Below, one piece after another: positions 43,875 to 53,838 of a DNA stretch of 64,000 nt. Where the stretch lies: positions 559,123 to 623,122 of the forward strand of contig PLCA01000003.1 of the NCBI GenBank assembly GCA_003134685.1. Direction: 5' to 3'. Under the pieces are notes generated by a model, which was not told the DNA's origin, made no database searches, and was given only the letters and a program-made list of their open reading frames with translations. Made by a program: the position numbers and the translations under genes. Each line of letters begins with the position of its first letter. Position 1 is the stretch's first letter. This stretch comes from Gemmatimonadota bacterium. GTDB taxonomy: Bacteria; Gemmatimonadota; Gemmatimonadetes; Gemmatimonadales; Gemmatimonadaceae.

Positions 43875-45524
43875 TTAGTGGCTGAGTCGCGCGTCGAGCG
43901 CCGACTGCGCGTCATCGAGCAAATCATACTGACGCTGTCGCAGCTTGCTGCCGACGCGGATGGTGTCGCCTAACTCGAGATATCGATCGGATGCGGGCTC
44001 ATACTTCGGCCATTCGGGAAGACCGCGCCGATTCGGATTCCCTGTCGCCGCGAACTGAACCCAATAGCTACTGATCGCGTTTCTCAGCGACAAATCATCG
44101 GGACCCTTCGGCCAACCCATATCACTGCCAAAGACGAACGGGATTTCTCCAGTATGGAAAGCGCCGAGCGCTTGACCGCCGGGTGTGGGAACGACGTGAG
44201 TGAAGTAGTAAAAGTACACGTTGGGTTGCCGCGCCTTCGCCATCACTCGCGCAACGTAGCGGGCGCCCGAGCCGAACCCATCGTTGTTCAGCTCGAACAA
44301 CCTTCGCTGAGCCTCCGCGGTGTCGGACGCGGGGTACGTCGCGAGCAGCCGCGGAACGAACGCTCGAAGAAGGGCGCTGTTACCCAGCGCGCCAAGTAGC
44401 TGCTCGGAGTATCCGGCCATCGAGGCAACAGGAAATGAGCCAGCGAGTGTGCGGAATTCGTCCGCGTTGCTGCCCACTATCAAAGGCACACTGAGTTGCC
44501 GCCCTTCGTTCAGTACCTTGTCCGGCTGTTCGGGAATCACCCATCCGTCGACGTTCACCTCGTGCGCTATGCCGTAGTTCTGTGACATGACATTGACTAT
44601 CTCATCCGCGCTCTTGGAGCGCATTGCGGCAACCACGTTGGTCGATCCGGAAATCCCAAGCGCTTTGGCCAGTTGCCTGCCACTATCTTCTGCCGCGAAG
44701 TGATCAGTCACCGGCTCCTTCAGCGCGGCGAACGGTCCGGTACAAGCCCCGCTTTCGGAAATCGCTCGCTGGAATAATCCGCGCGCGAGCGGCGACACCA
44801 TCAGGCAGGTGACATCGAGCGCGCCCGACGACTGACCGAACGCTGTGACGCGCGTTGGATCTCCCCCGAACGCGGCGATGTTCCGCTGCACCCAGCGAAG
44901 AGCCGCGATCTGATCGAGCAGCCCATAGTTGCCCGACGAGTGGTGGGGCGATTCCGCGGTGAGCGCCGAATCGGCGATGAAGCCGAGCGCGCCCACTCGA
45001 TACTCGATCATCACCAGGACCACGCCTTGGCGAGCCAGAGACTCGCCGTTGTCGGTGCCTTGGGTTCCCCAACCGCCGTTGTTCCCTCCGCCATGGATCC
45101 AGACCATTACCGGGCGGCGATCGGCGCTGCCGAAATTGGATGTCCAGATGCTGAGGTAGAGACAGTCCTCGCTGGTCGTGAGCGGTCTCTGCGGCAGAAT
45201 GCGACCCCCGACTCGCGCCGAGATGCCGGCGTAGTACTCGGGAGAGTAGAGCCGTTGCGGGCAGATGGGCGGGAATTCTTTTGCGGCCCGAATTCCTCGC
45301 CACGCGGGGACAGATGCTGGCGGCTTCCAGCGGAGATCCCCGACCGGAGGCGCGGCGAAGGGAATACCCTTGAACACCGCGTCGGCCGATCGAGCGTCAT
45401 AATAACTGCCTTCGACCACACCGCCATCGACCTGCGCTCTGGGCGGCTGCTGCGCGATGCCGGCATCGACGCCCAGCAAAATCAGAGACAGCAGGACAGG
45501 AAGAACTTCGTCAAGTCGCAACAC
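43875..45524 (-). CDS. Secreted type B carboxylesterase
   Basis: FKGIPFAAPPVG.LRW, SEDCLYL, WIHGG, GQSSG, FHTGEI. Confidence 0.92.
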   Translation of the reverse strand: MLRLDEVLPVLLSLILLGVDAGIAQQPPRAQVDGGVVEGSYYDARSADAVFKGIPFAAPPVGDLRWKPPASVPAWRGIRAAKEFPPICPQRLYSPEYYAGISARVGGRILPQRPLTTSEDCLYLSIWTSNFGSADRRPVMVWIHGGGNNGGWGTQGTDNGESLARQGVVLVMIEYRVGALGFIADSALTAESPHHSSGNYGLLDQIAALRWVQRNIAAFGGDPTRVTAFGQSSGALDVTCLMVSPLARGLFQRAISESGACTGPFAALKEPVTDHFAAEDSGRQLAKALGISGSTNVVAAMRSKSADEIVNVMSQNYGIAHEVNVDGWVIPEQPDKVLNEGRQLSVPLIVGSNADEFRTLAGSFPVASMAGYSEQLLGALGNSALLRAFVPRLLATYPASDTAEAQRRLFELNNDGFGSGARYVARVMAKARQPNVYFYYFTHVVPTPGGQALGAFHTGEIPFVFGSDMGWPKGPDDLSLRNAISSYWVQFAATGNPNRRGLPEWPKYEPASDRYLELGDTIRVGSKLRQRQYDLLDDAQSALDARLSH

Positions 45525-45548
45525 GCTCTAACCTGTAACCGGTCGCCT

Positions 45549-46535
45549 TCAAATGCGAGTCATGTCCATGCGATTCCGGGTCTCCCGCGTGATTACAACA
45601 TTCACGCACGCCAGGGAGAAGAGGTTGAACGCCAAAACCAGTAGCGCGGCAGCCTGGTTGCGGTAGAACATGAAAACCTCGGTGAAGCAGATCGAGAGCA
45701 GCACGGCCCGGTGAAACGAATGCAGTGCCGTCATTCTCGACCGGCGAAGCGCAATCACGGCGATGACGACGAAAATCGACGGGATGAGCGTCGAGAGCAT
45801 CAGTAGCCAATCCGAAATTGGAAGGAGGCCCAACGCCCCACTTCGTTGGCCGGAGGCTTCCGCCACGATTCCCGCCGACAAATTTCCCGCTACGATCAGC
45901 GCAACTGTCCCGGCGTTGACCACCAGCTGCAGAACGAAAAGCGTAATGAGTCCGCCGAATCGATTCGATCTGGCGAGCACGGCCTCGTAGCCCGCGACGA
46001 CGTATTCGCGAATCCGGCGTAACCATCCGTGGGGCTGCGGCTGAATGCTCGCGCGCTCAATGAGGGCCACCAATCCCGATGTCAGCTCGTCTTTCTCGGT
46101 GATGGCCGCAAGATACCGGAGCGCCCTGTCACGCTCCACCGGTTGGAGGTCGTTGATGATGGCCTCTTCCAGGTCATTGATCGCGTTAACGAGATATTCC
46201 TCCCTGCTGATTCCGCGGCGCATTTGAAGGTCGCGAAACGCAACATAGATGAGGACGAACGTGATGTAGATGAGCGCGATCGACGGCTGAAAGAAATAAT
46301 CGTTGTCGCGCGTGATGAACTTTCCGATTTCGTCGATGAACGTTCCGAATCCGATTCCGCCGATGAGTGCGGCAGAAAGCCTGGTCCGGTTGCCGAGGAA
46401 GGAGAGACAGAGGAGCAGCGCCACGGCCATCAGGAGGCCACCCCAAAGCATGTGGGCGATATGAAATCTGGCGCCGCCCAGACTTGGGTAGCCGGTAATT
46501 CGGAGGATGAACCTGATCGCCAGAACGGCCGACAC
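45549..46535 (-). CDS. Multi-pass membrane protein; 5' end may extend to a CTG at 46604
   Basis: HIAHMLWGG, GIGFGTFIDEIGKFIT..NDYF motif; the frame stays open and hydrophobic upstream of 46535. Confidence 0.8.
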   Translation of the reverse strand: MSAVLAIRFILRITGYPSLGGARFHIAHMLWGGLLMAVALLLCLSFLGNRTRLSAALIGGIGFGTFIDEIGKFITRDNDYFFQPSIALIYITFVLIYVAFRDLQMRRGISREEYLVNAINDLEEAIINDLQPVERDRALRYLAAITEKDELTSGLVALIERASIQPQPHGWLRRIREYVVAGYEAVLARSNRFGGLITLFVLQLVVNAGTVALIVAGNLSAGIVAEASGQRSGALGLLPISDWLLMLSTLIPSIFVVIAVIALRRSRMTALHSFHRAVLLSICFTEVFMFYRNQAAALLVLAFNLFSLACVNVVITRETRNRMDMTRI

Positions 46536-46624
46536 TCCGCCAACGACGAAAAGATCCAGATACCGCGCGGCCGCGAGGTCGCGGGGGAAGGAGGAGTGTT
46601 TCAGCGGTGAGATTTACTCGATCA

Positions 46625-46879
46625 TCAAAGGAGCCGCTTCGGCTCGGTGCGCAGCTCCTCGTCAACGCGAGTGCCCGACTCACGGCTCTGCGGCGAGGCG
46701 CCCGGCTCGACACGGGGTGGGCTGGCGGATTCGTTCACGCCCTCATGGATGTTTTTCCTGAATTCTCGGATGCCCTTGCCCATGGAGCCCGCGATCTCGG
46801 GGATCCGTTTCGCTCCGAAGAGAAGCAGGACGACCACCAAAACCATCAGGAGGTGCGGAAGGCTCAGATTTTCAAACAT
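46625..46879 (-). CDS. tatA: Twin-arginine translocase TatA/E subunit
   Basis: One TM segment, LLFGAKRIPEIAGSMGKGIREFRK. Confidence 0.93.
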   Translation of the reverse strand: MFENLSLPHLLMVLVVVLLLFGAKRIPEIAGSMGKGIREFRKNIHEGVNESASPPRVEPGASPQSRESGTRVDEELRTEPKRLL

Positions 46880-46915
46880 GACGGCGGACCTTCGAAGTAA
46901 GTGGCAGGGACCTTC

Positions 46916-46944
46916 AATCTAGGGCACCAAGGCTTACGCCTCAA
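46916..46944 (-). promoter_or_regulatory. Sigma70-type promoter of tatA
   Basis: TTGAGG-N17-TAGATT; the -10 region and downstream bases match the tRNA-Gln promoter. Confidence 0.55.
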
Positions 46945-47061
46945 TACACTTTACGTGAGCGGATCTGTCGATACCGCGGGTATCTCAAATGCGAAAGATT
47001 TCGTTAAGATTGCGGTGCCGGTGCTTGAGGCCACACGTCGAACCGACCTTTTTTCGGGCTC

Positions 47062-48366
47062 ATGATCCCACGCTCGGTTTTACGCGCGCTCGGTTATTTG
47101 TCGTTCGCGGTCACCGGCGCTACCCGCGTTGTTGCTGGCCAGGCCCTGGACCGGACGCTGTCATCGATGGTTGGCGGCGTCATCGGTGGATTCGGCGGCA
47201 TTGTGCTATCGCTTCCGCAAGGCTGCGGCGGCGTGTTCTCGGATCGCGTCTGCAACCTCCACACGGTCGCGAACGGGTTCGGGGTGGGAAATGTCCTGGG
47301 CGCCGCGCTCGGCGCCGCGCGGTCGGGTGGTGCGTCGTCGTGTAGTCCGGCAGAGCGCTTCGGACGTTCGTTGATGGGAACATTGGCTGGCGGGGGCGTC
47401 AGTGTGGCGGCAGTCTCGCAGACGCGCGGCAATCTCAGGATCGGGTTGACGCCCTTCGTGCAGCTGGCGGAGGGAGTGGGTGCGGCGGCGATGCTCTCAC
47501 CGTGCAGGTGGACTCCGAGTGCCTCTGACTCGGCCGCGATCCAGTTCGCTCGCGAGTGCCGGAATCCTTCGCGCGGACTCGCCCGCGCAGCGGCCGGTTT
47601 GGGTCTCACCGGAGGTTACGCTGGCCTCTATCTGTACTTTCACCACGCCTGGTGGTCGGGAACCCCCGCGCCGAAATGGTTCGTCGAGAACGATTGGGAC
47701 CGCGAGGAGCGGGATGCCGACAAGTTCGGACATCTTTTCGGTGGATACCAGCTTACGCGTGTCACATCGGAGCTGCTGCAGGCCGGGTGCGTGCCGCCTT
47801 CACGTGCCGTCGCTTTGGCAGCGCTGTACGCGTATGCATTTCAATTTCAGATCGAGGAGTGGGATGGGACGCAACAGCTGTACGGGTTCAACCCATCCGA
47901 TCTGATCGCCGACGCAGCGGGTGCTCTGTTCGCGGTAGCGCAGCAGCATACGACGTCGCTGCAGTACATAAAGCCGGTGTGGTCATATCGACCGACGGAG
48001 GCGTATCGCAGGCGCAACTTGCCAGGACACGGGGGTCAACCGCGGGCGACGACAGATTACTCCGGCCAGACTTACTGGTTCTCCACCGACGTGCATGGAT
48101 TGCTGCCGGATGGAGCCAAGCCGTTCTGGCCGTCGTTCATCCGACTCTCGCCGGGCTATTCGATCACCGACTACGTGGACCCAGCGACCGGTGGCGCACT
48201 GAGAGCCAAGCGAAAACTCCTCGTATCGCTCGACCTTGATCCCGAACACTTGCCCGGCGATAACAAAGTCTGGCGAACGATCAAGCACGAGCTGGCGTTT
48301 TTCCGGATTCCTGGTCCGACATTGCAGCTCACGCCTAGAAACAAATTCTTTCTTGCGTACTATTAG
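47062..48366 (+). CDS. DUF2279/YfiM-like protein with Gly-rich N-terminal region
   Basis: DKFGHLFGGY, E.WDG..YGFNPSDLIAD, DYSGQTYW. Confidence 0.75.
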   Translation: MIPRSVLRALGYLSFAVTGATRVVAGQALDRTLSSMVGGVIGGFGGIVLSLPQGCGGVFSDRVCNLHTVANGFGVGNVLGAALGAARSGGASSCSPAERFGRSLMGTLAGGGVSVAAVSQTRGNLRIGLTPFVQLAEGVGAAAMLSPCRWTPSASDSAAIQFARECRNPSRGLARAAAGLGLTGGYAGLYLYFHHAWWSGTPAPKWFVENDWDREERDADKFGHLFGGYQLTRVTSELLQAGCVPPSRAVALAALYAYAFQFQIEEWDGTQQLYGFNPSDLIADAAGALFAVAQQHTTSLQYIKPVWSYRPTEAYRRRNLPGHGGQPRATTDYSGQTYWFSTDVHGLLPDGAKPFWPSFIRLSPGYSITDYVDPATGGALRAKRKLLVSLDLDPEHLPGDNKVWRTIKHELAFFRIPGPTLQLTPRNKFFLAYY

Positions 48367-48371
48367 CAGTC

Positions 48372-49076
48372 ATGGTGCGTCGTGTCCTCTTAATCGCGAC
48401 CGTGACGACACTCGGCGCTTGCAGTCGCGGAGCGTATGCGCCTCCGGTTCCGAGTCCGGCAACTTTCGGCGCGGACAGTGCCACCTGGGCGCTCGCGAAG
48501 TCCGTGGCCCCGGTGCTCTACCTCCAGCGTGACGAGCCCTTTCCGCTCGATCGCGTCGTTGCTGTCGTTCATCCAACCGAGCCGGTCATCGCCTATCATC
48601 TTCTCTGGCGACACGACGTGAACGGCCAGTGGCTGCCGTGGGCGAAGCCTTCGGACGAAGAAGTGGTGTATGTGGGCTATGATCCCAACACCCACGCGGC
48701 GACCGAAATATGGACTTATTGGCACGGCACGTTGCTGCACACACTCTGGCTGAATCGCGGCCCGCCCGAGATCGACGTTCAGTGGGGCAAGCACGGGTCT
48801 CTTCCGAGGGGAATCGACACGAAGGACCTGCCCTCGGATAAGAGCTTGAGATCGTTTTACGTCTACGAGTTCCTCCTCATTCCCGACATTCTCCTCGGCA
48901 AGGTCGCACACGGCGGACCGGCTGGTTTCTTTCACAGCTTCCGCCGGTATAGGGATTTTTCCAAGGTAGTGCCGGTCGCCGATAGGCTCGATCTCGTGGT
49001 CAAAACCGATGATCCGCGGCCCGCGCTCCACGCGGTGTTTGGCCGGTCGTACTCGGACAAGCGGTGGTGGCCCTAA
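48372..49076 (+). CDS. Hypothetical lipoprotein
   Basis: LGAC lipobox; 5 nt after the previous stop, suggesting an operon. Confidence 0.7.
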   Translation: MVRRVLLIATVTTLGACSRGAYAPPVPSPATFGADSATWALAKSVAPVLYLQRDEPFPLDRVVAVVHPTEPVIAYHLLWRHDVNGQWLPWAKPSDEEVVYVGYDPNTHAATEIWTYWHGTLLHTLWLNRGPPEIDVQWGKHGSLPRGIDTKDLPSDKSLRSFYVYEFLLIPDILLGKVAHGGPAGFFHSFRRYRDFSKVVPVADRLDLVVKTDDPRPALHAVFGRSYSDKRWWP

Positions 49077-50308
49077 TGACCGCGCCCCTCACCGGCGATG
49101 CGTAGCAGAACGCCAACGGACAGCCAGCTCGCGAGCATCATCGATCCACCGTAACTGAAAAAGGGAAGCGGAATTCCCACGATCGGCATGAGGTTGAGCG
49201 TCATCCCAATGTTGACCGCAACATGGACGAGCCACGACGACATGAGGCCGTATGCGACAAGACTGGAGAATGAATCGTTCGCGCGGGAAGCAATCCCCGT
49301 TGCTCGCAGCAGGAGCGCAAGGAACAGCGTCAGGGCAACGGTGACTCCGATGAAGCCGAGCTCCTCGCCGACGACCGCAAAAATGAAGTCGGTATGTTGC
49401 TCGGGAAGGAAGCCGCTCCGTTTTTGCGTTCCCAGCGTGAACCCGTTACCGAATAATCCACCGGACCCGATTGCAATCTTTGATTGCAGCACGTGGTAGC
49501 CGGATTGTCGCGGGTCCGCGGACGGATCGATGAAAACCTTCAATCGATTCTGCTGATAGGGCGCCATCTTCTCCCACATCATTGGTGCGATCACGCCCGT
49601 TGCGACGTTGAGCACCATTAGAACGATTCCCTCGATGAGGTACGGACGATACCAGAGAACGAGCGCGAGCAGAATGAAGAACCACGCGCCCCAGAGTCCA
49701 ACGCTGAAGGAGAGCAATAGACTGATTGCCGGGCTCGCGATGAGAAGGAGCATCGGCCATGCGATTCCCGACCAGTAGAGCATCCCAAAGAAAATTCCGA
49801 TGAAGACGATGCTCGAGCCAAGGTCAGGCTGAAGCATTATGAGCAACCAGGGGAGCCCGACGACCAGGGCTGGCTTCCACAATTCCAGGAGGGATTTCGG
49901 AGACTGCGGCGATTCAGAAAGCACTTTGGCCAGCATCAACACGACGGTGAGCTTGGCGAATTCGGCGGGCTGGCCAAGCCGGTGGCCGCCAATGGCGAGC
50001 CAGCTTCTCGTATGACCGTTAGCACCTGAGCCGACGCCGAGAACGAGGAGGGAGAGCAGAAGCGCCAGCGTGAACAGGTAGGCTGGCCATGTTGCCCATC
50101 GGATGAATCGAACGGGCATCTTCAAGAGCCCGTAAGTCGATACCACACCGATCAACAACCACAGTGCCTGTGACTTGTAAGCGGACGCCACTGCGGTTTT
50201 GATGTCCGTTTGTCCGGCGGAATAGACCATCGCCAATCCAAACAACGACAGCAGGGCCGTTATCGTTACCAGCTGGGAATCAATTACTACGCTTCGCGAA
50301 GTCTTCAC
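49073..50308 (-). CDS. rodA: Rod shape-determining protein RodA (SEDS family)
   Basis: QPAEFAK, QPDLG, GYHVLQSKIAIGSGG, PEQHTDFIF, PLPFFSYGGS. Confidence 0.92.
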   Translation of the reverse strand: MKTSRSVVIDSQLVTITALLSLFGLAMVYSAGQTDIKTAVASAYKSQALWLLIGVVSTYGLLKMPVRFIRWATWPAYLFTLALLLSLLVLGVGSGANGHTRSWLAIGGHRLGQPAEFAKLTVVLMLAKVLSESPQSPKSLLELWKPALVVGLPWLLIMLQPDLGSSIVFIGIFFGMLYWSGIAWPMLLLIASPAISLLLSFSVGLWGAWFFILLALVLWYRPYLIEGIVLMVLNVATGVIAPMMWEKMAPYQQNRLKVFIDPSADPRQSGYHVLQSKIAIGSGGLFGNGFTLGTQKRSGFLPEQHTDFIFAVVGEELGFIGVTVALTLFLALLLRATGIASRANDSFSSLVAYGLMSSWLVHVAVNIGMTLNLMPIVGIPLPFFSYGGSMMLASWLSVGVLLRIAGEGRGH

Positions 50309-50582
50309 GTCGCCATTCCTCCCCGGGATTCGATGATCGTCTTACACGGGGCCCGGAGGGAGAGTAAGCCTGGTCCGGCGGCTTCGAGAGCCGAACTCAC
50401 AATCTTAGTGGGATCTTAGCGCCACTCAGGGATAAAATACGACGACCGGCTTCGCATCCCATCGACCGCGACCGCGATAAACGACGTTGGACAGATCGCG
50501 GCAAAACGGCTTGACACCATCCGAGCCTCGGGGATAAAACAGACGATGGCTTCCCTCCCCTGACCTCCGGTAACAGGCCTCC

Positions 50583-52037
50583 ATGCGTCGTCTCTGCCTC
50601 CTCTCAATAGTTGTCAGCGCGATTTTCGCGGGACTCCTCGGCGCCCATCGCGCTCCTTCACAACGCGTCACGATTGACACAGGTACTCTGGAAGGAATCG
50701 TTGATTCCGCCACCGGAGTGACGGTATTTCGCGGCATTCCATACGCTGCGGCACCCATAGGGGAGCTGCGGTGGAAGCCGCCGCAACCGCCGACGCACTG
50801 GACGGGCGTGCGCCCCGCAAGTCAGCTCGGCCACAACTGCGTGCAGCATCAGCCGTACGGCGACATTGATCCGTTCGCCGCTGGCGTCTCCGAGGACTGC
50901 CTCTTTCTCAACGTCTGGACGAATTCGCTGGACACACGCGCGTCGCGACGCCCGGTGATGGTGTGGATTCACGGCGGCGGCTTCTGGGCCGGATTCGGCG
51001 GCGAAGAACGCCACAACGGGGCGCCCCTCGCGCGAAAGGGCGCGGTCGTCGTCACGCTCAACTATCGGCTCGGAGCCTTTGGCTTTCTCGCGCATCCGGC
51101 GCTCGCGCGCGAATCACCGCACCACGCCGCCGGCAACTACGGGCTCCTCGACCAGATCGCTGCGCTGCAGTGGGTGCAACGCAACATCGCGCGTTTTGGC
51201 GGCGATCCGTCGCGCGTGACGATCTTCGGCGAATCGGCCGGCGGAATGAGCGTAGGCTCGCTGCTGGCTTCGCCCTTGGCGAAAGGACTTTTTCAACGCG
51301 CGATTCTGGAGAGCGGCACCGGGGTCGGCACCGGCGTCGCTTCGCGAGATGACTCGCGAGCCGTCGCGCTCCACTTCGCTGACTCGCTGCACGTGTACGG
51401 AGTTGGTCCGGACGCGGCCGCGCACCTTCGCGCTCTCAATCCGGATACCGTGCTCGCGGCCTCGCTGCACCAGGGCCCGCCGGGTGAGCCGCGGTTCTGG
51501 CCGGTCGTCGACGGATGGGTGCTTCCGCATGCCGTGGATTCGACGCTGTTGCGCAGCGCGGCGAACCTCGTCCCCGTCATCGTCGGCAGCAATCGCGACG
51601 AAGGCGACGAATGGATGGGCGCGCCAACGCGCACCTTCGCTCGTCTCATGTCCGCGCGTGGAGCGCCGACGTACGTGTACATGTTCTCGCGCGTCGGCGA
51701 CGACAGCGCGAATCGCGCGCGCGGCGCCTATCATAGCGCCGAAATTACCTTTGTCTTCGGACGGCCGCATCCGCTGCAGCCGAGTGCGGGCTCGACGCCT
51801 TATGATTCGACGCTGGCCGCGGCGATGAGCGACTACTGGGTGGCGTTCGCCACGAGTGGGAATCCCAACGGACCGCCAACCGCTGGAAAGTTGCCACGGT
51901 GGCCGCGCTACGAATCCGGGACGGATGCGCTGCTCGAGCTGGGGCCCGAGATCAAAGCGCGCACGCTGGTCAAGCGTGCGGTCTACGATTCACTCGATGC
52001 CGTCGCTCGGTCGCACGGACGCATTCGTCCGCGTTAA
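50583..52037 (+). CDS. Secreted type B carboxylesterase
   Basis: FRGIPYAA, SEDCLFLN, WIHGGG, GESAGG, AYHSAEI. Confidence 0.92.
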   Translation: MRRLCLLSIVVSAIFAGLLGAHRAPSQRVTIDTGTLEGIVDSATGVTVFRGIPYAAAPIGELRWKPPQPPTHWTGVRPASQLGHNCVQHQPYGDIDPFAAGVSEDCLFLNVWTNSLDTRASRRPVMVWIHGGGFWAGFGGEERHNGAPLARKGAVVVTLNYRLGAFGFLAHPALARESPHHAAGNYGLLDQIAALQWVQRNIARFGGDPSRVTIFGESAGGMSVGSLLASPLAKGLFQRAILESGTGVGTGVASRDDSRAVALHFADSLHVYGVGPDAAAHLRALNPDTVLAASLHQGPPGEPRFWPVVDGWVLPHAVDSTLLRSAANLVPVIVGSNRDEGDEWMGAPTRTFARLMSARGAPTYVYMFSRVGDDSANRARGAYHSAEITFVFGRPHPLQPSAGSTPYDSTLAAAMSDYWVAFATSGNPNGPPTAGKLPRWPRYESGTDALLELGPEIKARTLVKRAVYDSLDAVARSHGRIRPR

Positions 52038-52419
52038 GCAGCCGCCGCTGCCGGTGCGGGACCCGCGTCCACCAATTGCTTGGTGACGGGCTCTACCCGA
52101 ACGTTGAGGCCCTCCAGCGTGCGTGCGCCCAACAATACGAGGTCGCCGGGCTCTCCGAACACGACATCGTCGTTGGTCCGATTGCCGGCGACATGGATAT
52201 ACGCACCGCCGACCCAACGCTCGAGGATTGTCCCGTTGGCTTGCCGGAAACGCAATTTCTTGTATCGCTCGACTCCCAGAGACTCGAGCACTTCGGCTGG
52301 AACCCATGATAATTCCGCACCGGTGTCCACCAGCACGGACGTGAGCGTTCGTCTCTCGCCCGGGCGCGCGGGGTTCTCGATCTCGACCTCTACGCGAAAG
52401 CTTCCCATTTCGTCGGGCA
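52034..52419 (-). CDS. Clan AA (retropepsin-like) aspartic protease
   Basis: LVDTGAELS and LLGARTLEGL motifs; start uncertain (52410-52453). Confidence 0.8.
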
Positions 52420-52495
52420 TAATAGCTCCTGAGGGTGTGCCGAGTAGTACCATCTCGTTGCCGAGCGTGTCAACGCCTCGCGTGACGGCCGGATG

Positions 52496-52529
52496 TGAGA
52501 ACGGCGCGGGAATCCCCGCGCCGTTCTCA
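52496..52529 (-). terminator. Rho-independent terminator-like hairpin
   Basis: Perfect 15-bp stem TGAGAACGGCGCGGG/CCCGCGCCGTTCTCA downstream of the beta-barrel gene. Confidence 0.75.
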
Positions 52530-52555
52530 ATTTCTCTATACCTGCCAATCGCGGA

Positions 52556-53221
52556 CTAGTGGCCGAGTGCCCACGTGATGCCGAGTGAGAACACGGTGTC
52601 GTCGACGAGGTCGGCGCCGGCCGCCAGATTGAGCGCGGGACGGACGACCAACGACGGCGAGAACTGGAAGCCGGCGCCCATACCGAGCAATAAATAGTTA
52701 TCGCTCGCCGTATTGGACGTCCCGTTCACCTTTGCCGAAGCTCTCGTGTGTCCAAGAGAAGCCGAGCCGAACGGAAGCAGGTTGACCGTCTTGCTGAGCG
52801 CCAACGCGGTGCCGAGCGAAACTCCAAGCACCGCTGTCTGCGTGGAGAGGTTTGTGGTCGTGCCCGCGACGTTGAGATTCGGACCAAATCCAAGCGATAG
52901 CGAGGCGACGGGGCACATCGCCCACTTGCTGTTCTTCGCCATCGGCATCGAGTACCCGATCCCGCCGCCGAGCCCGAGAGTGTGGCCGTCGATGTTGTTG
53001 TAGCTCGACATTCCGAGCGACCCCCCACCGTACCAGCCCTTCGGGTGTCCGACCGTGAGGGCGCCATCGAATGAGGTCGTATTGTTGCTCATCCCGAGAG
53101 CAGCCCCGACGTGTTTCGAGCTCCCGCGGAATGAGAGATCTCCCTGACATAACTGCGCAGACGCTCCTGTCGTGCAGATCGCTACGCCTGCCACAGCACT
53201 TACGAGTGTATGGAACTTCAT
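52556..53221 (-). CDS. Outer-membrane beta-barrel-like protein
   Basis: GGAGG RBS, signal peptide, alternating Gly/hydrophobic strands, aromatic residue near the C-terminus. Confidence 0.7.
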   Translation of the reverse strand: MKFHTLVSAVAGVAICTTGASAQLCQGDLSFRGSSKHVGAALGMSNNTTSFDGALTVGHPKGWYGGGSLGMSSYNNIDGHTLGLGGGIGYSMPMAKNSKWAMCPVASLSLGFGPNLNVAGTTTNLSTQTAVLGVSLGTALALSKTVNLLPFGSASLGHTRASAKVNGTSNTASDNYLLLGMGAGFQFSPSLVVRPALNLAAGADLVDDTVFSLGITWALGH

Positions 53222-53386
53222 TTGGCCTCCAGGGCCAAGGTGTTTTTTTTTGCGTTTGCGAGATAGGCCAACGAGCGGCCAGGTGGAACTCGCATGACAT
53301 CTTGACGACATTGGCGCGATAAAGTCACCCGCGGACCTCACAAATGTGTGAAGGGCCCGAGCGATCGCCTGGACGGGGTCCAAGAT

Positions 53387-53589
53387 CTGAAAACTGAACT
53401 GAAAACTGAACTGAACGGGATCCGAGATCTGAGAGGAATAGATCTCAGTAGGTAGTCACCGCGCTCTGACCATATCTCGCGCGTATCCTGTTACAACCGA
53501 CAGCCTGTGCCATAACGCCACCCAGATATGTCGCAGCGTAGTTACCAAACTCTGATATCTACGCTGCTGAGATCTCGGATCACGTTCAG
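53387..53589. repeat. Gene-less inverted-repeat element with a CTGAAAACTGAA tandem
   Basis: Arms 53411-53433 and 53567-53589 match at 21 of 23 bp; inner 9-bp hairpin 53533-53567; CTGAAAACTGAA twice at 53387-53410. Confidence 0.55.
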
Positions 53590-53838
53590 TCTGTAGTTGT
53601 GAGATATCGAACCACATTCTTCTGGCTCGCGAGAGGCCAGCGTGGCCTCGGGCGTGCACAGTGTTGCCTAGTCCCCGAGTGGTCGTGTAGCTAGTAACTG
53701 AGCGCGACCGCACCAGATGCTCGGCGGCAGCCCTCTGCCCCCCTCTCTCCGGCGCTTCTGGCGACGCCTGACAACACGGCATCACCACTGACAAAACGAC
53801 CCGAAGTAAAGGCCCAAAGAACCGCGCCTTTCTCCAAC

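Noticed and set aside
50416-50607. 63-aa minus-strand ORF with two FIPE motifs
   Set aside because: It overlaps the esterase start, has no clear RBS, and the repeat is only a 9-nt GGGATAAAA word
496-52037. Paired paralogs (DinB, kinases, carboxylesterases) as one large segmental duplication
   Set aside because: The copies are highly diverged, non-collinear and typical of expanded families
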